Assembly: GCA_965248625.1 (NCBI GenBank)
Contig: OZ252109.1
Coordinates: 499,424 to 563,423 of the forward strand
Length of the DNA stretch: 64,000 nt
Source of the DNA: Longimicrobiales bacterium
Lineage (GTDB): Bacteria > Gemmatimonadota > Gemmatimonadetes > Longimicrobiales > Gaopeijiaceae
Reading direction: 5' to 3'
The translations under genes and the position numbers were made by a program. Shown one piece after another: positions 19,744 to 29,076 of the stretch. How positions within the stretch are numbered: position 1 is the stretch's first letter; each line of letters begins with the position of its first letter. The notes below the pieces were generated by a model. That model was given only the letters and a program-made list of their open reading frames with translations. It did not search any database and was not told where the DNA came from.

Positions 19744-22700
19744 TCAGGCGGCGGTCTCGGCGGCTTCGGCCTCCCCTTCGAGGCGCACACCGACCACGGA
19801 GCTCACACCCGGCTCTTCCATCGTCACACCGTAAATCCAGTCCGCGGCTTCGATCGTGCGCGGATTGTGCGTGATGACGACGAACTGGCTTTGCTCCTTG
19901 AACTCCTGGAGCAGCCGGATGAACCGGCCGATGTTGTTGTCGTCGAGCGGTGCATCGACCTCGTCGAGAACGCAGAAGGGACTGGGTTTTACGAGATAGA
20001 TCCCGAAGAGGAGCGAGAGGGCCGTGAGCGCTCGTTCCCCTCCGGAGAGCAAGTCGATCCTCTGGGTCTTCTTGCCCACCGGCGAGGCGTGGATCTCGAT
20101 AGCCGACTCGAGCGGGTCGTCCGGATCACTCAGCCAAAGGTCGCATTCACCGCCCTGGAACAGGCGGTAGAATGTGTCACGGAAGTTCTTTCGCGTCGCC
20201 TCGAAGGTCTCCATGAAGAGGCGGGTCGCAGTCTGGTTGATCCCGCGGATCGCGGTTTTGAGGTCGTCGCGCGCCTTGACGAGGTCGTCGCGCTGCTCCG
20301 TCAAGAACGACAGCCGCGCACTCTCTTCCTCGTGCTCCTCGAGCGCGAGCATGTTGACCGGCCCCAGCCGGGCCATGCGCTCGACGATGTCTCGGAGCTC
20401 GTCCTGAAGCTGTTCGGGCTCGCCTTCGACCGGCTCTGCCACTTCCATCAAGGCGCTCAGCGGGCGTCCCCACTCGGCTTCGAGACGCTCCTCGATCCGC
20501 TCGATTCGGCCACGCAGCTCTTGGTCTTCGAGCTCGAGGCGATGCCGCCTGTCCGACGACTCGCGCTCAGCCGCCCGGGCGGTACGGACCCGCCGGTCCG
20601 CTTCGTCCAGTGCCGCGGCCACGCCCTCCAGCGCTTCGTCGCGGCGGGCGAGCTCCGCGTCAGATTCGTCTCGTCTCTGGAACAGGGCCTCCATCGCGTC
20701 CTCACCCCGGGCGCGGACTTCCCTCGCTCCGACGAGATCGCGACCCAGCTCCTCCTCCTCACGATCGAGCTGCGAAACGCGGTCGACCGCGGTGGAGCGT
20801 GACGTCTCCAAATGACGGAGCCGCTCGTCGAGGCGCTCCAACTCCCCCTCGTGACGGTTCAGCTGGATTGCAAGCCGTGACTCCTCCGCCCGTGCTTCCT
20901 CCCACTCGGCCTCAACGGCGTCGAAGGCTTGACGGGCCTCCTTCTCGCGCGTCACGAGCGTTGATTCCTCGACCGCGATGGTCCCCACCTCCTCGTCCGC
21001 CTCGCGCTCGCGCTCCGCCGCCTTGGTCCGGGCGGCGCGTGTGCCCTCCAGCTGACGCGCCAACTCGTCCTTTGCCCGGTCCATCCTGGTTCGACGGTCC
21101 ACGTACCCCGCTTCTTCGGACCGTGCCGCCCGCTGCGCGTCCTCTGCTTCCGCAAGCTGGGCGCGCCGTGTCTCGAGACCCGTTTCGGCCTCTTCGAGAC
21201 CGAGGTGTGCTTTCTCTCGCGCCGCTCGGGCTCGGGTTGCTGAGGCCACGGCGGTCTCGGCCTCGTCAGCGAGCTCCGCCAGCTTCTCCCGACGCTCGAT
21301 GAGGCCCGTGGCTCCCATGGGATTGCCGATGCGGACAACCCCCCTGTGGTCGACTGAAGTCCCTGAGCGCGTGAGGCTTGCCGAACCACCGACGGTCGAG
21401 AACAACTCGTCGTCCTCCACGAGGTCGACACCGGCCAGTAAGGTTCGCACCCACGGTGCTCCCTTGCCCTTCACGCGCAGCGCGCCAAGAAGCGAGCCGC
21501 CACCTTCGGCTTTCGGCGCACCGTCCAGCGGAAACAGGACCAATCCTCCCCCACCCGACCATTCTTTGTCGAACCAACTCTGCAGCCGGGCCGCGGCGCG
21601 ATGGTCGGCGACCACGAGTCCTTGCGTGAGATGCCCGAGATACGACTCTGCCGATGCGACGACGTCGGGCGGTCCACCGATGCAGTCGCACAGCGTTCCC
21701 AACACCAGTGCGGCGTGTTCGTCTCGGGCCGCGCGGACGACGGGCTCGACTCCGGCCTGTTCGCGCTCCATCGTTTCGAACGCGGCCCGCTGCGCAGTGA
21801 GGGACGACGACCGGTCGACCGCTTCGAGCTCGATACGGCGCGCCTCCGAAAGCCGTTCACGGGCATCCTCGAAGCGTCGACGCGCCTCGTCCAGATTCTC
21901 CCGGGCTGTCGACGACGTCTTGTCGAGCTCCGTCAGCCGATCGGTGAAGAGGTCGCCCTGAGCTTGGAGGTCCGTGAGCGCGGACGCCGTGTCCGCGAGC
22001 TCATGCTCCAAGCGACCGAGCCTCCTCCCGAGCTCCGCCGCTTGCGCCCTGGCAGCGGCCGAGTCGCCCTCGAGCTGGGCTGCACGGCGGGCAACCTCCC
22101 GCTCTCGGCGTTGTACGGTTTCGAGCGAAGCACGCGCCTCGTTGAGTCGCTCCCTCACGACGCCCGCTGCTTCCTGACCGGACGCCATCAAGCTGCGGGA
22201 CTCTTCCAGATCGGCGTGGCCTTTCGCGCGCGTCCGTCCCAGCTCTTCCATCTGGCTGGTCAGCTCATCGGATCGGGCCCGCCCTTCCTCCCGCTCGCCG
22301 GAGATCTGTCCCAGCCGCCGCTCTGCGGACGTGGCGCGTTCGTCGGCGACGGCCAGATCGCGCTCCCAATGGATCAGCTCATTTCGGATCGTCTCGAGCT
22401 TGGATGCCGCGTCGATCCGTAGCTTCTCCGCCTCGACGCGACCGATACGCAACGTTTCGTACTCCGCCTCGGCAGTACGGAGCTCCGCGACGGTCCCCTG
22501 CCCTTCCTCGGCACCGCCTTTCAACGCCCCCTCGACGTGGGCGAGCCGCCCCTTGAGATCGCCGAGTTGTTCCGTGACCACGGCCACTTCGACTGACAGC
22601 CGCCTCACTCTCAGATCGTCGTACCGTTGTGCCTTGCCTTTCTGACGAGCGAGTGACCGGACCTTGCTCGTGACCTCGGCGATCACGTCCTCGAGCCTTT

Positions 22701-23265
22701 GGAGGTCCAGCTCGGCCCTCTCTAGCCTCCTGCCTGCGATCTTGCGCCGGTCCTTGTACTTGCCGATTCCGGCGGCTTCTTCGAACAAGCCGCGCCGCTC
22801 TTCCGCGCGATCCGAGAGGATGGCGTCGATCATGCGACTTTCGATGACCGCATACGCGTTTGCACCCAAACCCGTGTCGCGACACAGATCGTGGACGTCC
22901 CGCAGCCTGCAGGAAGCCCTGTTGATCGAATAGTCGCTGCCTCCGTCCCGGAAGACCGTCCGCCCGATCTCCACTTCCTCGAACGGAACCGGCAATGCGC
23001 CGTCCTCGTTGCTCACGCGCATGGCGACGGATCCGCGATTGATCGGCCGCCTTCCGACGGTCCCTTGGAAGATGGCTTCCTCCATCTTCGCACCGCGGAT
23101 CGCGGTTGGGCGCTGCTCACCTAGAACCCACCGGATTGCATCGCTGATGTTGGATTTTCCGCAACCGTTGGGCCCCACGATGGCCGTGATGCCCTCGTGG
23201 AACTGGATCTCGGTGCGGTCTGCGAAGGATTTGAAGCCGTGGAGGCGGAGTGAGCTGAGCTTCAT
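19744..23265 (-). CDS. smc: chromosome segregation protein SMC
   Basis: 1173 aa with an N-terminal Walker A (GPNGCGKSN), long coiled coils, a hinge and a C-terminal signature/Walker B (LSGGERALTALSLLF...DEVDAPLD). Confidence 0.95.
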   Translation of the reverse strand: MKLSSLRLHGFKSFADRTEIQFHEGITAIVGPNGCGKSNISDAIRWVLGEQRPTAIRGAKMEEAIFQGTVGRRPINRGSVAMRVSNEDGALPVPFEEVEIGRTVFRDGGSDYSINRASCRLRDVHDLCRDTGLGANAYAVIESRMIDAILSDRAEERRGLFEEAAGIGKYKDRRKIAGRRLERAELDLQRLEDVIAEVTSKVRSLARQKGKAQRYDDLRVRRLSVEVAVVTEQLGDLKGRLAHVEGALKGGAEEGQGTVAELRTAEAEYETLRIGRVEAEKLRIDAASKLETIRNELIHWERDLAVADERATSAERRLGQISGEREEGRARSDELTSQMEELGRTRAKGHADLEESRSLMASGQEAAGVVRERLNEARASLETVQRREREVARRAAQLEGDSAAARAQAAELGRRLGRLEHELADTASALTDLQAQGDLFTDRLTELDKTSSTARENLDEARRRFEDARERLSEARRIELEAVDRSSSLTAQRAAFETMEREQAGVEPVVRAARDEHAALVLGTLCDCIGGPPDVVASAESYLGHLTQGLVVADHRAAARLQSWFDKEWSGGGGLVLFPLDGAPKAEGGGSLLGALRVKGKGAPWVRTLLAGVDLVEDDELFSTVGGSASLTRSGTSVDHRGVVRIGNPMGATGLIERREKLAELADEAETAVASATRARAAREKAHLGLEEAETGLETRRAQLAEAEDAQRAARSEEAGYVDRRTRMDRAKDELARQLEGTRAARTKAAEREREADEEVGTIAVEESTLVTREKEARQAFDAVEAEWEEARAEESRLAIQLNRHEGELERLDERLRHLETSRSTAVDRVSQLDREEEELGRDLVGAREVRARGEDAMEALFQRRDESDAELARRDEALEGVAAALDEADRRVRTARAAERESSDRRHRLELEDQELRGRIERIEERLEAEWGRPLSALMEVAEPVEGEPEQLQDELRDIVERMARLGPVNMLALEEHEEESARLSFLTEQRDDLVKARDDLKTAIRGINQTATRLFMETFEATRKNFRDTFYRLFQGGECDLWLSDPDDPLESAIEIHASPVGKKTQRIDLLSGGERALTALSLLFGIYLVKPSPFCVLDEVDAPLDDNNIGRFIRLLQEFKEQSQFVVITHNPRTIEAADWIYGVTMEEPGVSSVVGVRLEGEAEAAETAA

Positions 23266-25016
23266 TCCGGAAGTCGACCGATCCGTTCAGTGAGCGGGGG
23301 CGGGGTCATGCCGCGCTCACGCAGCATATCCGCTAGGGCTTGGGCGTCTTCGGCATTCCGATAGGCTCCGGCGTAGACGCGAAAGCCGGAGCCGTCCGGG
23401 GCCTCGAGCACGTACGCGGGGACGCCGCTGGTCTCCATCTGCCCAACCATCGCCACCGCCGTGTTCCGGTTGGGAGTCTGCTCGAGAAGGTACGCCAACG
23501 GCGTGCGCCGCAGGATCCATCCCGCTTCCTCGGTCTCACCGACTGTTCTGCCTAGATCTGAGCGGAGTCGTGCGGCGTCCTGGGTGTCGCTTGCCGGGCC
23601 GGCCAGCACGCGAAAATACAGGCCGGCGCCCGACATGATGGGCGCGACCACGAAGTGTCGGTCGGGGCGGCGCCGCTGCCAATCGCGTGCGTGCTCCATG
23701 GCGGCGGGCAGCGTCTCCCAGGCGCTCAGCGAGAGCGAGTACGTAAAGCGCTCGACCAGCCGGAGGTCGGCCGAGGGTGATCCGAGGCTGGACTCAGCCT
23801 CCGCCCCGGTGGGCAGCGCTGTCGTGGGTCGAGCGGTGACCGGCTCCGACGACGCTCCTGCCGACGCCCCGGCACGGGTCGCGTCGGCCGCGGCCCGTCG
23901 GCCGACGGGCTCGTCCGGACCGCCGTCGACATCGGTGACGAGCGTGACTACCTCGCCCGCCGCGACGCTCGTGGTCCCCTCGTCTTGGGTGGTGACTTCC
24001 GGAGTCGTCCCCCCGGTCCCCCCCCCGTCGACGTCTGCGACGCCCCGTGTGGCGGGCTGCAGGACCAATTCCGACTGCGTTGCCTCTCCCTCAGTCGCCG
24101 CGGACAGGAAAGACAGATCGATCAGGCCCAGCGCGACGAGGGCGGCGAAGAGAAGGGCAGCCGCAAATACGAGTACGAGGCTGATGAGGCCGGACCTCGA
24201 CCGCCTCGAAACCGCGCGCACGGGCTCCAGGGGGGCAGGAACAGGCTCGGGGTCCCGTGAGCGGGTCGGAGCAGTTGTCAGGTCCGCACTCGTTCGCTGG
24301 GGGCGCCCGTACGACCCTGCTGAAAGCGGATCGCGGGCGAGCGGATCATCGAAGTCCTGCCCACCCACCGGTATCGGGGGCGCGTGTCCCAAGGGAGGAT
24401 CCATGAACTCGCCCATGGTGCCGTCGGGGCCGAGGACGGCGATGATCCGGTCATCCGAGCCTTCATCCAGCTCGTCGAGCACCTCGCCGGGTCGCGCGAG
24501 CAGGATCCTGTGCGTCCCGCGCGCGAGCATCGAACCGGACCCCGGCATGCCCAAGGGTAGATAGAGCACCAATGTGACGCCGGCGGTCATGAAGCCGTGG
24601 GTCATCCCGGTCCAGCGAGGATGGTCGAGAACGAGCGACGGGTCGGCCACGGCCGTTCCTGCGGTCGCGACGAAAAACGCTCCGTCGTCGGCGGGGCGAG
24701 CGACTCTCTGAATCGAGGCCCCGTACAGAAGGGAGTCCGACACCCCCTCCAGGTTTCCCGCCTCCAGAACCGAGTGGATCTCGGGATCCTCGAGCGACAG
24801 GTCGGCCAAGAAGACGCGGGCCCCTTGAGAAGCCCAACCTCGCGCCATTTCCACCACCGCCCGGGGAGCCCAGCCTCGGTCACGCACGGTCCGGGTCGCG
24901 GAGATCACGACGACCCGACCTTCAACGGGTTCGTGTCCGCTGTCGAGGTCCAGCACCGGAGGCACCCAGCCCCCGTAGAGCTCGAACGGCTGCCAAGCGG
25001 GAATCGACGATGTCAT
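23262..25016 (-). CDS. SPOR-domain membrane protein with N-terminal degenerate ParA/MinD/BY-kinase-like domain (no Walker A)
   Basis: The N-terminal about 200 aa resemble the ParA/MinD fold, but the P-loop position reads VVVISATRTVRDRGW. A TM helix follows (LISLVLVFAAALLFAALVALGLI). Two C-terminal SPOR repeats are present (GAGLYFRVLAGPASDTQDAARL.. and GSGFRVYAGAYRNAEDAQALADML..). The start was trimmed to MTSSIPAW. The 3' end overlaps smc by 4 bp. Confidence 0.65.
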   Translation of the reverse strand: MTSSIPAWQPFELYGGWVPPVLDLDSGHEPVEGRVVVISATRTVRDRGWAPRAVVEMARGWASQGARVFLADLSLEDPEIHSVLEAGNLEGVSDSLLYGASIQRVARPADDGAFFVATAGTAVADPSLVLDHPRWTGMTHGFMTAGVTLVLYLPLGMPGSGSMLARGTHRILLARPGEVLDELDEGSDDRIIAVLGPDGTMGEFMDPPLGHAPPIPVGGQDFDDPLARDPLSAGSYGRPQRTSADLTTAPTRSRDPEPVPAPLEPVRAVSRRSRSGLISLVLVFAAALLFAALVALGLIDLSFLSAATEGEATQSELVLQPATRGVADVDGGGTGGTTPEVTTQDEGTTSVAAGEVVTLVTDVDGGPDEPVGRRAAADATRAGASAGASSEPVTARPTTALPTGAEAESSLGSPSADLRLVERFTYSLSLSAWETLPAAMEHARDWQRRRPDRHFVVAPIMSGAGLYFRVLAGPASDTQDAARLRSDLGRTVGETEEAGWILRRTPLAYLLEQTPNRNTAVAMVGQMETSGVPAYVLEAPDGSGFRVYAGAYRNAEDAQALADMLRERGMTPPPLTERIGRLPE

Positions 25017-25164
25017 GGGGAGCTTCCAGCGCCGTTTTCGCGGACAATCGATAGGCGCGGCGGGGTGCGCTCGCCACATCCCACCACCCAGCGAGTCGCA
25101 AGGCAAGTTAACGGGGGGCGCCACGCCGGGGCAATCTGTCTTCGTGGTTTTTTCGGGGGGATGA

Positions 25165-25569
25165 TCAGGCCTCCTGGGGAGGGGCGTCGAGCTCCCCGGC
25201 CGGGTTCAACGCGTGTCTCGGTGCATCTCCCCACAGTGTCTCCAGCTGGTAGTAGGAGCGCGTTTCGGGGTGAAACACGTGAACCACGAAGTCGATGTAG
25301 TCGATCAGGATCCAACGACCTCCTCCCGCTCCCTCGGCGTGATCGGGGCGAACGCCTTCCTTTCGCAACTCCTCGGTCAGATGATCCGCGATCGCGCGGA
25401 TCTGAATGTCCGAGGTCCCCGTCGCGATCAAGAAGAAATCAGTGGCCATCGAGACCTTGCGAAGGTCGAGGACGACCACGTCGTGCGCCTTCCGTTCAAG
25501 CGTAAGCTGCGCGGCCCGCCGAACCGCCTGGGGCAGGTCGAAACGGTCTTGCACGGCTGTTTCGTCCAT
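25165..25569 (-). CDS. rsfS: ribosomal silencing factor RsfS (Iojap)
   Basis: DVVVLDLRKVSMATDFFLIATGTS..IRAIADH is present. Confidence 0.9.
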   Translation of the reverse strand: MDETAVQDRFDLPQAVRRAAQLTLERKAHDVVVLDLRKVSMATDFFLIATGTSDIQIRAIADHLTEELRKEGVRPDHAEGAGGGRWILIDYIDFVVHVFHPETRSYYQLETLWGDAPRHALNPAGELDAPPQEA

Positions 25570-25589
25570 GAGTGCCGGCTCGCCGGCCG

Positions 25590-26048
25590 TCAGCCCTCTC
25601 GCTCGACGATGACCGTGATGTCTACTTGGACTTCACCGTGCAGCTTGATCGGCACCTTGAAGCTGCCAAGGGCCTTGAGAGGCTCGTCGAGGGCCACCTG
25701 ACGCTTCTCTATCTCGAAGTCGAGCCCCGTGGCGTTGGCCCGGTCCGCGACGTCGCCCGTGGTGACGGATCCGAACAGCTTCGCGTCCTCGCCTTCGCCG
25801 GCCCGGGCGTGGAAGGTGAGTGCCATGCCTTCCAGCTGCGACGCGCGCCGACGCGCCTCCAGGTAGTCTCGCCTCGAGCGCTCTTCCTCTCGCTTCTGCT
25901 CCTCCTCCAGGCGGCGGATGTTGGCCGCCGAGGCCTCGTACGCGAGCCCTTGGGGAAGCAGGAAGTTCCGAGCGTATCCCGCCTTCACGCTCACGACCTG
26001 CCCGGGCTCACCGAGGTTCTCTACCGACTGCTTGAGAATCAACTTCAC
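25590..26048 (-). CDS. rplI: 50S ribosomal protein L9
   Basis: MKLILKQSVENLGEPGQVVSVKAGYARNFLLPQGLA is present. It has a GTG start. Confidence 0.95.
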   Translation of the reverse strand: MKLILKQSVENLGEPGQVVSVKAGYARNFLLPQGLAYEASAANIRRLEEEQKREEERSRRDYLEARRRASQLEGMALTFHARAGEGEDAKLFGSVTTGDVADRANATGLDFEIEKRQVALDEPLKALGSFKVPIKLHGEVQVDITVIVEREG

Positions 26049-26062
26049 GGTTTGCTCCTTCT

Positions 26063-26100
26063 GTATTTGGCGTCAATGGGGTATTGCCTTAAGTCCACCG
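26063..26100. repeat. IS1595-family left terminal inverted repeat
   Basis: It matches the reverse complement of 27117-27156 at about 33/38 positions. Confidence 0.75.
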
Positions 26101-26113
26101 CCCACTACATGTT

Positions 26114-27100
26114 GTGGTCATGGCGGTTCCGGCTTCTCAGCTCCGTGGCGGCGTGGACTATCCCCGTACGCGGTTGGAGCTGGACGAGTTCTTCCCCGAC
26201 GATGCGGCATGCCTGGAGTACGTGGAGGGTCTGCGCTGGCCGGAAGGGTTTGTGTGCGTGGGCTGTGGCGGGTTGGGAGAGGTCTGGCGAGCATCGCGGG
26301 GGCGTCTCGTCTGCCCACACTGTCGAAGGCAGACCTCGGTGCTGGCGGGAACCGTGTTCCACCGCACGCGCTCGCCCCTGCGTCTGTGGTTTCTCGCTGC
26401 CTGGGAGCTCACGAGCCAGAAATACGGAGCCAATGCTCTCGGGCTCCAGCGTGTGCTCGGACTGGGAAGCTACAAGACAGCGTGGGTCTGGCTCCACAAG
26501 CTCCGCCGGGCCATGGTCCGACCGGATCGCGACCAGCTGAGCGGCGTTGTGCAAGTGGACGAGAGCTATGTCGGGGGCGTGGAGGCTGGAGTGCGGGGCC
26601 GCGAGACGATCAAGAAGGCCATCGTCGCGATCGCCGCCGAGGTCGACGGACGCAAGATCGGGAGAATACGGCTGCGTTGGGTGCCCGACCTCTCCGCTCC
26701 GGTTCTGCGAGGCTTCGTCAAGGATAGCATCGCACCGGCAAGCACGGTGCATACCGACGGATGGCCAAGCTATCAGGGACTCGCCAAACTGGGCTTTCGC
26801 CACACGGTCACGAACCTCTCGACCTCCGGCGATCCCGCGCACGTGCTCATGTCGGCCGTACATCGGGTGGCGTCTCTCCTCAAGCGCTGGGTCCTCGGAA
26901 CCCTCCAAGGAGGGATCGCCCGCGAACACCTCCCCTACTATCTGGACGAGTTCACCTTTCGCTTCAACCGACGCACATCCCGGGCTCGCGGCCTGTTGTT
27001 CTACCGCTTGCTTGAGCAGGCTGTTCAGTGTGCTCCCACGCCAGCTTCGGCCCTTTACCTCGGCACCGGACGTGGGAAACGGCCCGCAGAGCCCCGGTAA
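26114..27100 (+). CDS. IS1595-family (ISXO2-like) DDE transposase
   Basis: It has an N-terminal zinc-ribbon (CVGCGG...CPHCRRQ) and a central HTH. The C-terminal DDE_Tnp_IS1595 region is present (VQVDESYVGG ... HTDGWPSYQGL ... YYLDEFTFRFNRR). Confidence 0.85.
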   Translation: MVMAVPASQLRGGVDYPRTRLELDEFFPDDAACLEYVEGLRWPEGFVCVGCGGLGEVWRASRGRLVCPHCRRQTSVLAGTVFHRTRSPLRLWFLAAWELTSQKYGANALGLQRVLGLGSYKTAWVWLHKLRRAMVRPDRDQLSGVVQVDESYVGGVEAGVRGRETIKKAIVAIAAEVDGRKIGRIRLRWVPDLSAPVLRGFVKDSIAPASTVHTDGWPSYQGLAKLGFRHTVTNLSTSGDPAHVLMSAVHRVASLLKRWVLGTLQGGIAREHLPYYLDEFTFRFNRRTSRARGLLFYRLLEQAVQCAPTPASALYLGTGRGKRPAEPR

Positions 27101-27116
27101 CCACTATATCTTGGGG

Positions 27117-27156
27117 TCGGTGGACTTAAGGGAACACCCCCTTGGCGTCAAATACG
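27117..27156. repeat. IS1595-family right terminal inverted repeat
   Basis: Reverse complement of the left IR. Confidence 0.75.
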
Positions 27157-27187
27157 TGCTGAGAATTCGGCGTCCACCGCACAGCCG

Positions 27188-28138
27188 TTACCGCCCGTGG
27201 ACCCGTGACCGAACGTCGAACCAGGTATCTCCTAGACCGATCATGAACGCCCCCACCAACACGAAGGGAGGCAGAAACAGCGTGGCCAGCGTCAACATCA
27301 CCCACCCGAAAACCGACAGCCCCCGCACGATGTCTACGACTACGGCAGCCCCACGCAAGGCGTACAGCGCGCCCATGAAGCACACCGTATTCAGTCCTGC
27401 GCGGCCGAGGGGGCCGCCCCACCGGAATTCGACCAGGACAATGCCCACTACGAGAAGCCAGACAAGCTGATCGTTGAACCGGAAGTCCCGGAGGGGACCC
27501 AATCCCGCGTCGCTTTCCATCACGAGCCTCACGTACAGCCACCACGCCACGCCCAAAGCCGCCACGGAAGACAGCGCCAGCATCGCCGGAAAAATCTGGC
27601 CTTGAATCTGGGTGGCGCGATACACCGTGCTCACCACGCTGGCTGGGAGCGGAGAACCACCCCTGAGGAGCTGCAGAGCCTCCATCGCCGTTCCGACTCC
27701 CGCGCTCATCCGATCGGTGACCATCCAATCGATGACGGTCCATCGCGACGTCTGGACCCCGAGCACCGCCCACGCTCCAGCGAGCGCCAGGGCGACCGCT
27801 CCGAGAGCTCGCGGCAAGAAAGTCTTGTTCGGCCAGCGCAGACTCAACGCGGCGAAGCATCCTCCCAAGAGGATAGTCCAGCCGCGCTCCACGTACCACA
27901 TACCGGATCGCGCCGCGCCCCCCAGAACGGCGAGCGCCCCGAGGCCTGCCGCCACCAGAGGAAGGAAGCGGCGGCCTGGTGACGTGAACACCAGAAACGC
28001 GAACGGGACGACCACGAGGATGAGCGGAGGGAAGACCGCGAGTGACAGCGTCACGGCGAACAGGGCCGCCGCTCCTAGCCAGGCGCGCCTGGGGCGGCCT
28101 TGGATGGCTGGTTCCGCAGAGGTCCGCTCAGGATCCAC
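27188..28138 (-). CDS. DUF2232/YybS-like polytopic membrane protein
   Basis: It has about 8 TM helices. It occupies the conserved position between rpsR and rplI. Confidence 0.65.
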   Translation of the reverse strand: MDPERTSAEPAIQGRPRRAWLGAAALFAVTLSLAVFPPLILVVVPFAFLVFTSPGRRFLPLVAAGLGALAVLGGAARSGMWYVERGWTILLGGCFAALSLRWPNKTFLPRALGAVALALAGAWAVLGVQTSRWTVIDWMVTDRMSAGVGTAMEALQLLRGGSPLPASVVSTVYRATQIQGQIFPAMLALSSVAALGVAWWLYVRLVMESDAGLGPLRDFRFNDQLVWLLVVGIVLVEFRWGGPLGRAGLNTVCFMGALYALRGAAVVVDIVRGLSVFGWVMLTLATLFLPPFVLVGAFMIGLGDTWFDVRSRVHGR

Positions 28139-28193
28139 GCTGCTTGTCCGCCTTCACGCCCGACTCTTGGATCGCGCCGGTGGCTCGAAGCTC

Positions 28194-28853
28194 TCAACCC
28201 TCGTGGCTGCGCACATACGGCAAGAGGGAGAGGAAGCGGGCGCGCTTGACTGCCCTGCTGAGCTTCCGCTGAAAGCCGGCCGCCACCTTGGTCGTTCGCC
28301 GGGGCAACAGCTTACCCTGCTCCGTTATGAATCGAGAGAGGGTGGAGACGTCCTTGTAGTTGAGAATCTCGATGGGCGGGCCGTCGACGCGACGCCTCCG
28401 TCCCCGCCCCCCCGAGAACTCCGGCGGACTCATGTGCGACCCGGGTTCATCGTCCTCGTTTGCCGGCGGCCTTTCGTCCTCGACGTCCCTGTCGTCCCCG
28501 TCGTCACTCGACTCGGGCCGTGACGTGTGAGCGCCCGCGGCGAGTACCGACATCCCGGAGCTGGGCTCGCCTTCGTTCACCACGACGAGATAGCGAAGCA
28601 CCTGTTCATCGAGCTTGAGAACGCGCTCCAACTCCGGTAGCGAGGTGGCGTCGGCGCAGAACTGCGAGACGACGTAATAGCCCGAGTTCTTGTTGTTGAT
28701 GGGGTATGCGAGCTGGCGATTGCCCCAGTGGTCCACGGCCTTGATTTCGGCGTCTCCGCCGGTCACGAGTCCGTGGAAGCGCTCCAGCTTCGCGTTGACG
28801 GCGTCTTCGTCCATCGACGCCTCGAAAATCATGACGAGCTCGTAGTCGCGCAT
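28194..28853 (-). CDS. rpsF/rpsR: 30S ribosomal proteins S6 and S18 encoded in one uninterrupted reading frame (S6 about aa 1-140 with acidic tail, S18 about aa 141-219)
   Basis: S6: MRDYELVMIFEASMDE...HWGNRQLAYPI. S18: RRRRVDGPPIEILNYKDVSTLSRFITEQGKLLPRRTTKVAAGFQRKLSRAVKRARFLSLLPY. There is no stop codon between the two. An in-frame ATG (MSPPEFSGGRGRRRR, about 28431-28433) could independently initiate S18. The ORF's upstream 62 codons are not called. Confidence 0.8.
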   Translation of the reverse strand: MRDYELVMIFEASMDEDAVNAKLERFHGLVTGGDAEIKAVDHWGNRQLAYPINNKNSGYYVVSQFCADATSLPELERVLKLDEQVLRYLVVVNEGEPSSGMSVLAAGAHTSRPESSDDGDDRDVEDERPPANEDDEPGSHMSPPEFSGGRGRRRRVDGPPIEILNYKDVSTLSRFITEQGKLLPRRTTKVAAGFQRKLSRAVKRARFLSLLPYVRSHEG

Positions 28854-29076
28854 GGTCTCTCCCATGGTCCGCGTTTTACGGGCCCCGCCCCCGACGGCTG
28901 TCCAGGGTCCACTCGGGTTCGGAGCGGGAATCGGCGTTGGAATATACCCGCACTTCGCCTCGCTACAACCCGTGGGCGTACGCTTGATTCTCATCGGAGA
29001 CGCCTCGATACTTGCGCCCCGTCGCGGATGACGCGGCAACCCCTGCCGACGTCCTCCCGCGCTCTCTCAGAGGCAC

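Larger units (their letters stand above)
26062..27158 (+). mobile_element. IS1595-family insertion sequence (about 1.1 kb, single transposase, about 38-bp terminal inverted repeats)
   Basis: The transposase ORF is flanked by imperfect IRs: TATTTGGCGTCAATGGGGTATTGCCTTAAGTCCACCG at the left and its reverse complement CGGTGGACTTAAGGGAACACCCCCTTGGCGTCAAATACG at the right. The element is inserted between rplI and the DUF2232 gene. End coordinates are +/-3 bp. Confidence 0.8.

Noticed and set aside
28854-29039. The 62-codon extension upstream of S6 in the same ORF (MPRHPRRGASIEASPMRIKRTPTGCSEAKCGYIP…)
   Set aside because: There is no homology. The S6 N-terminus MRDYELVMIF is canonical.
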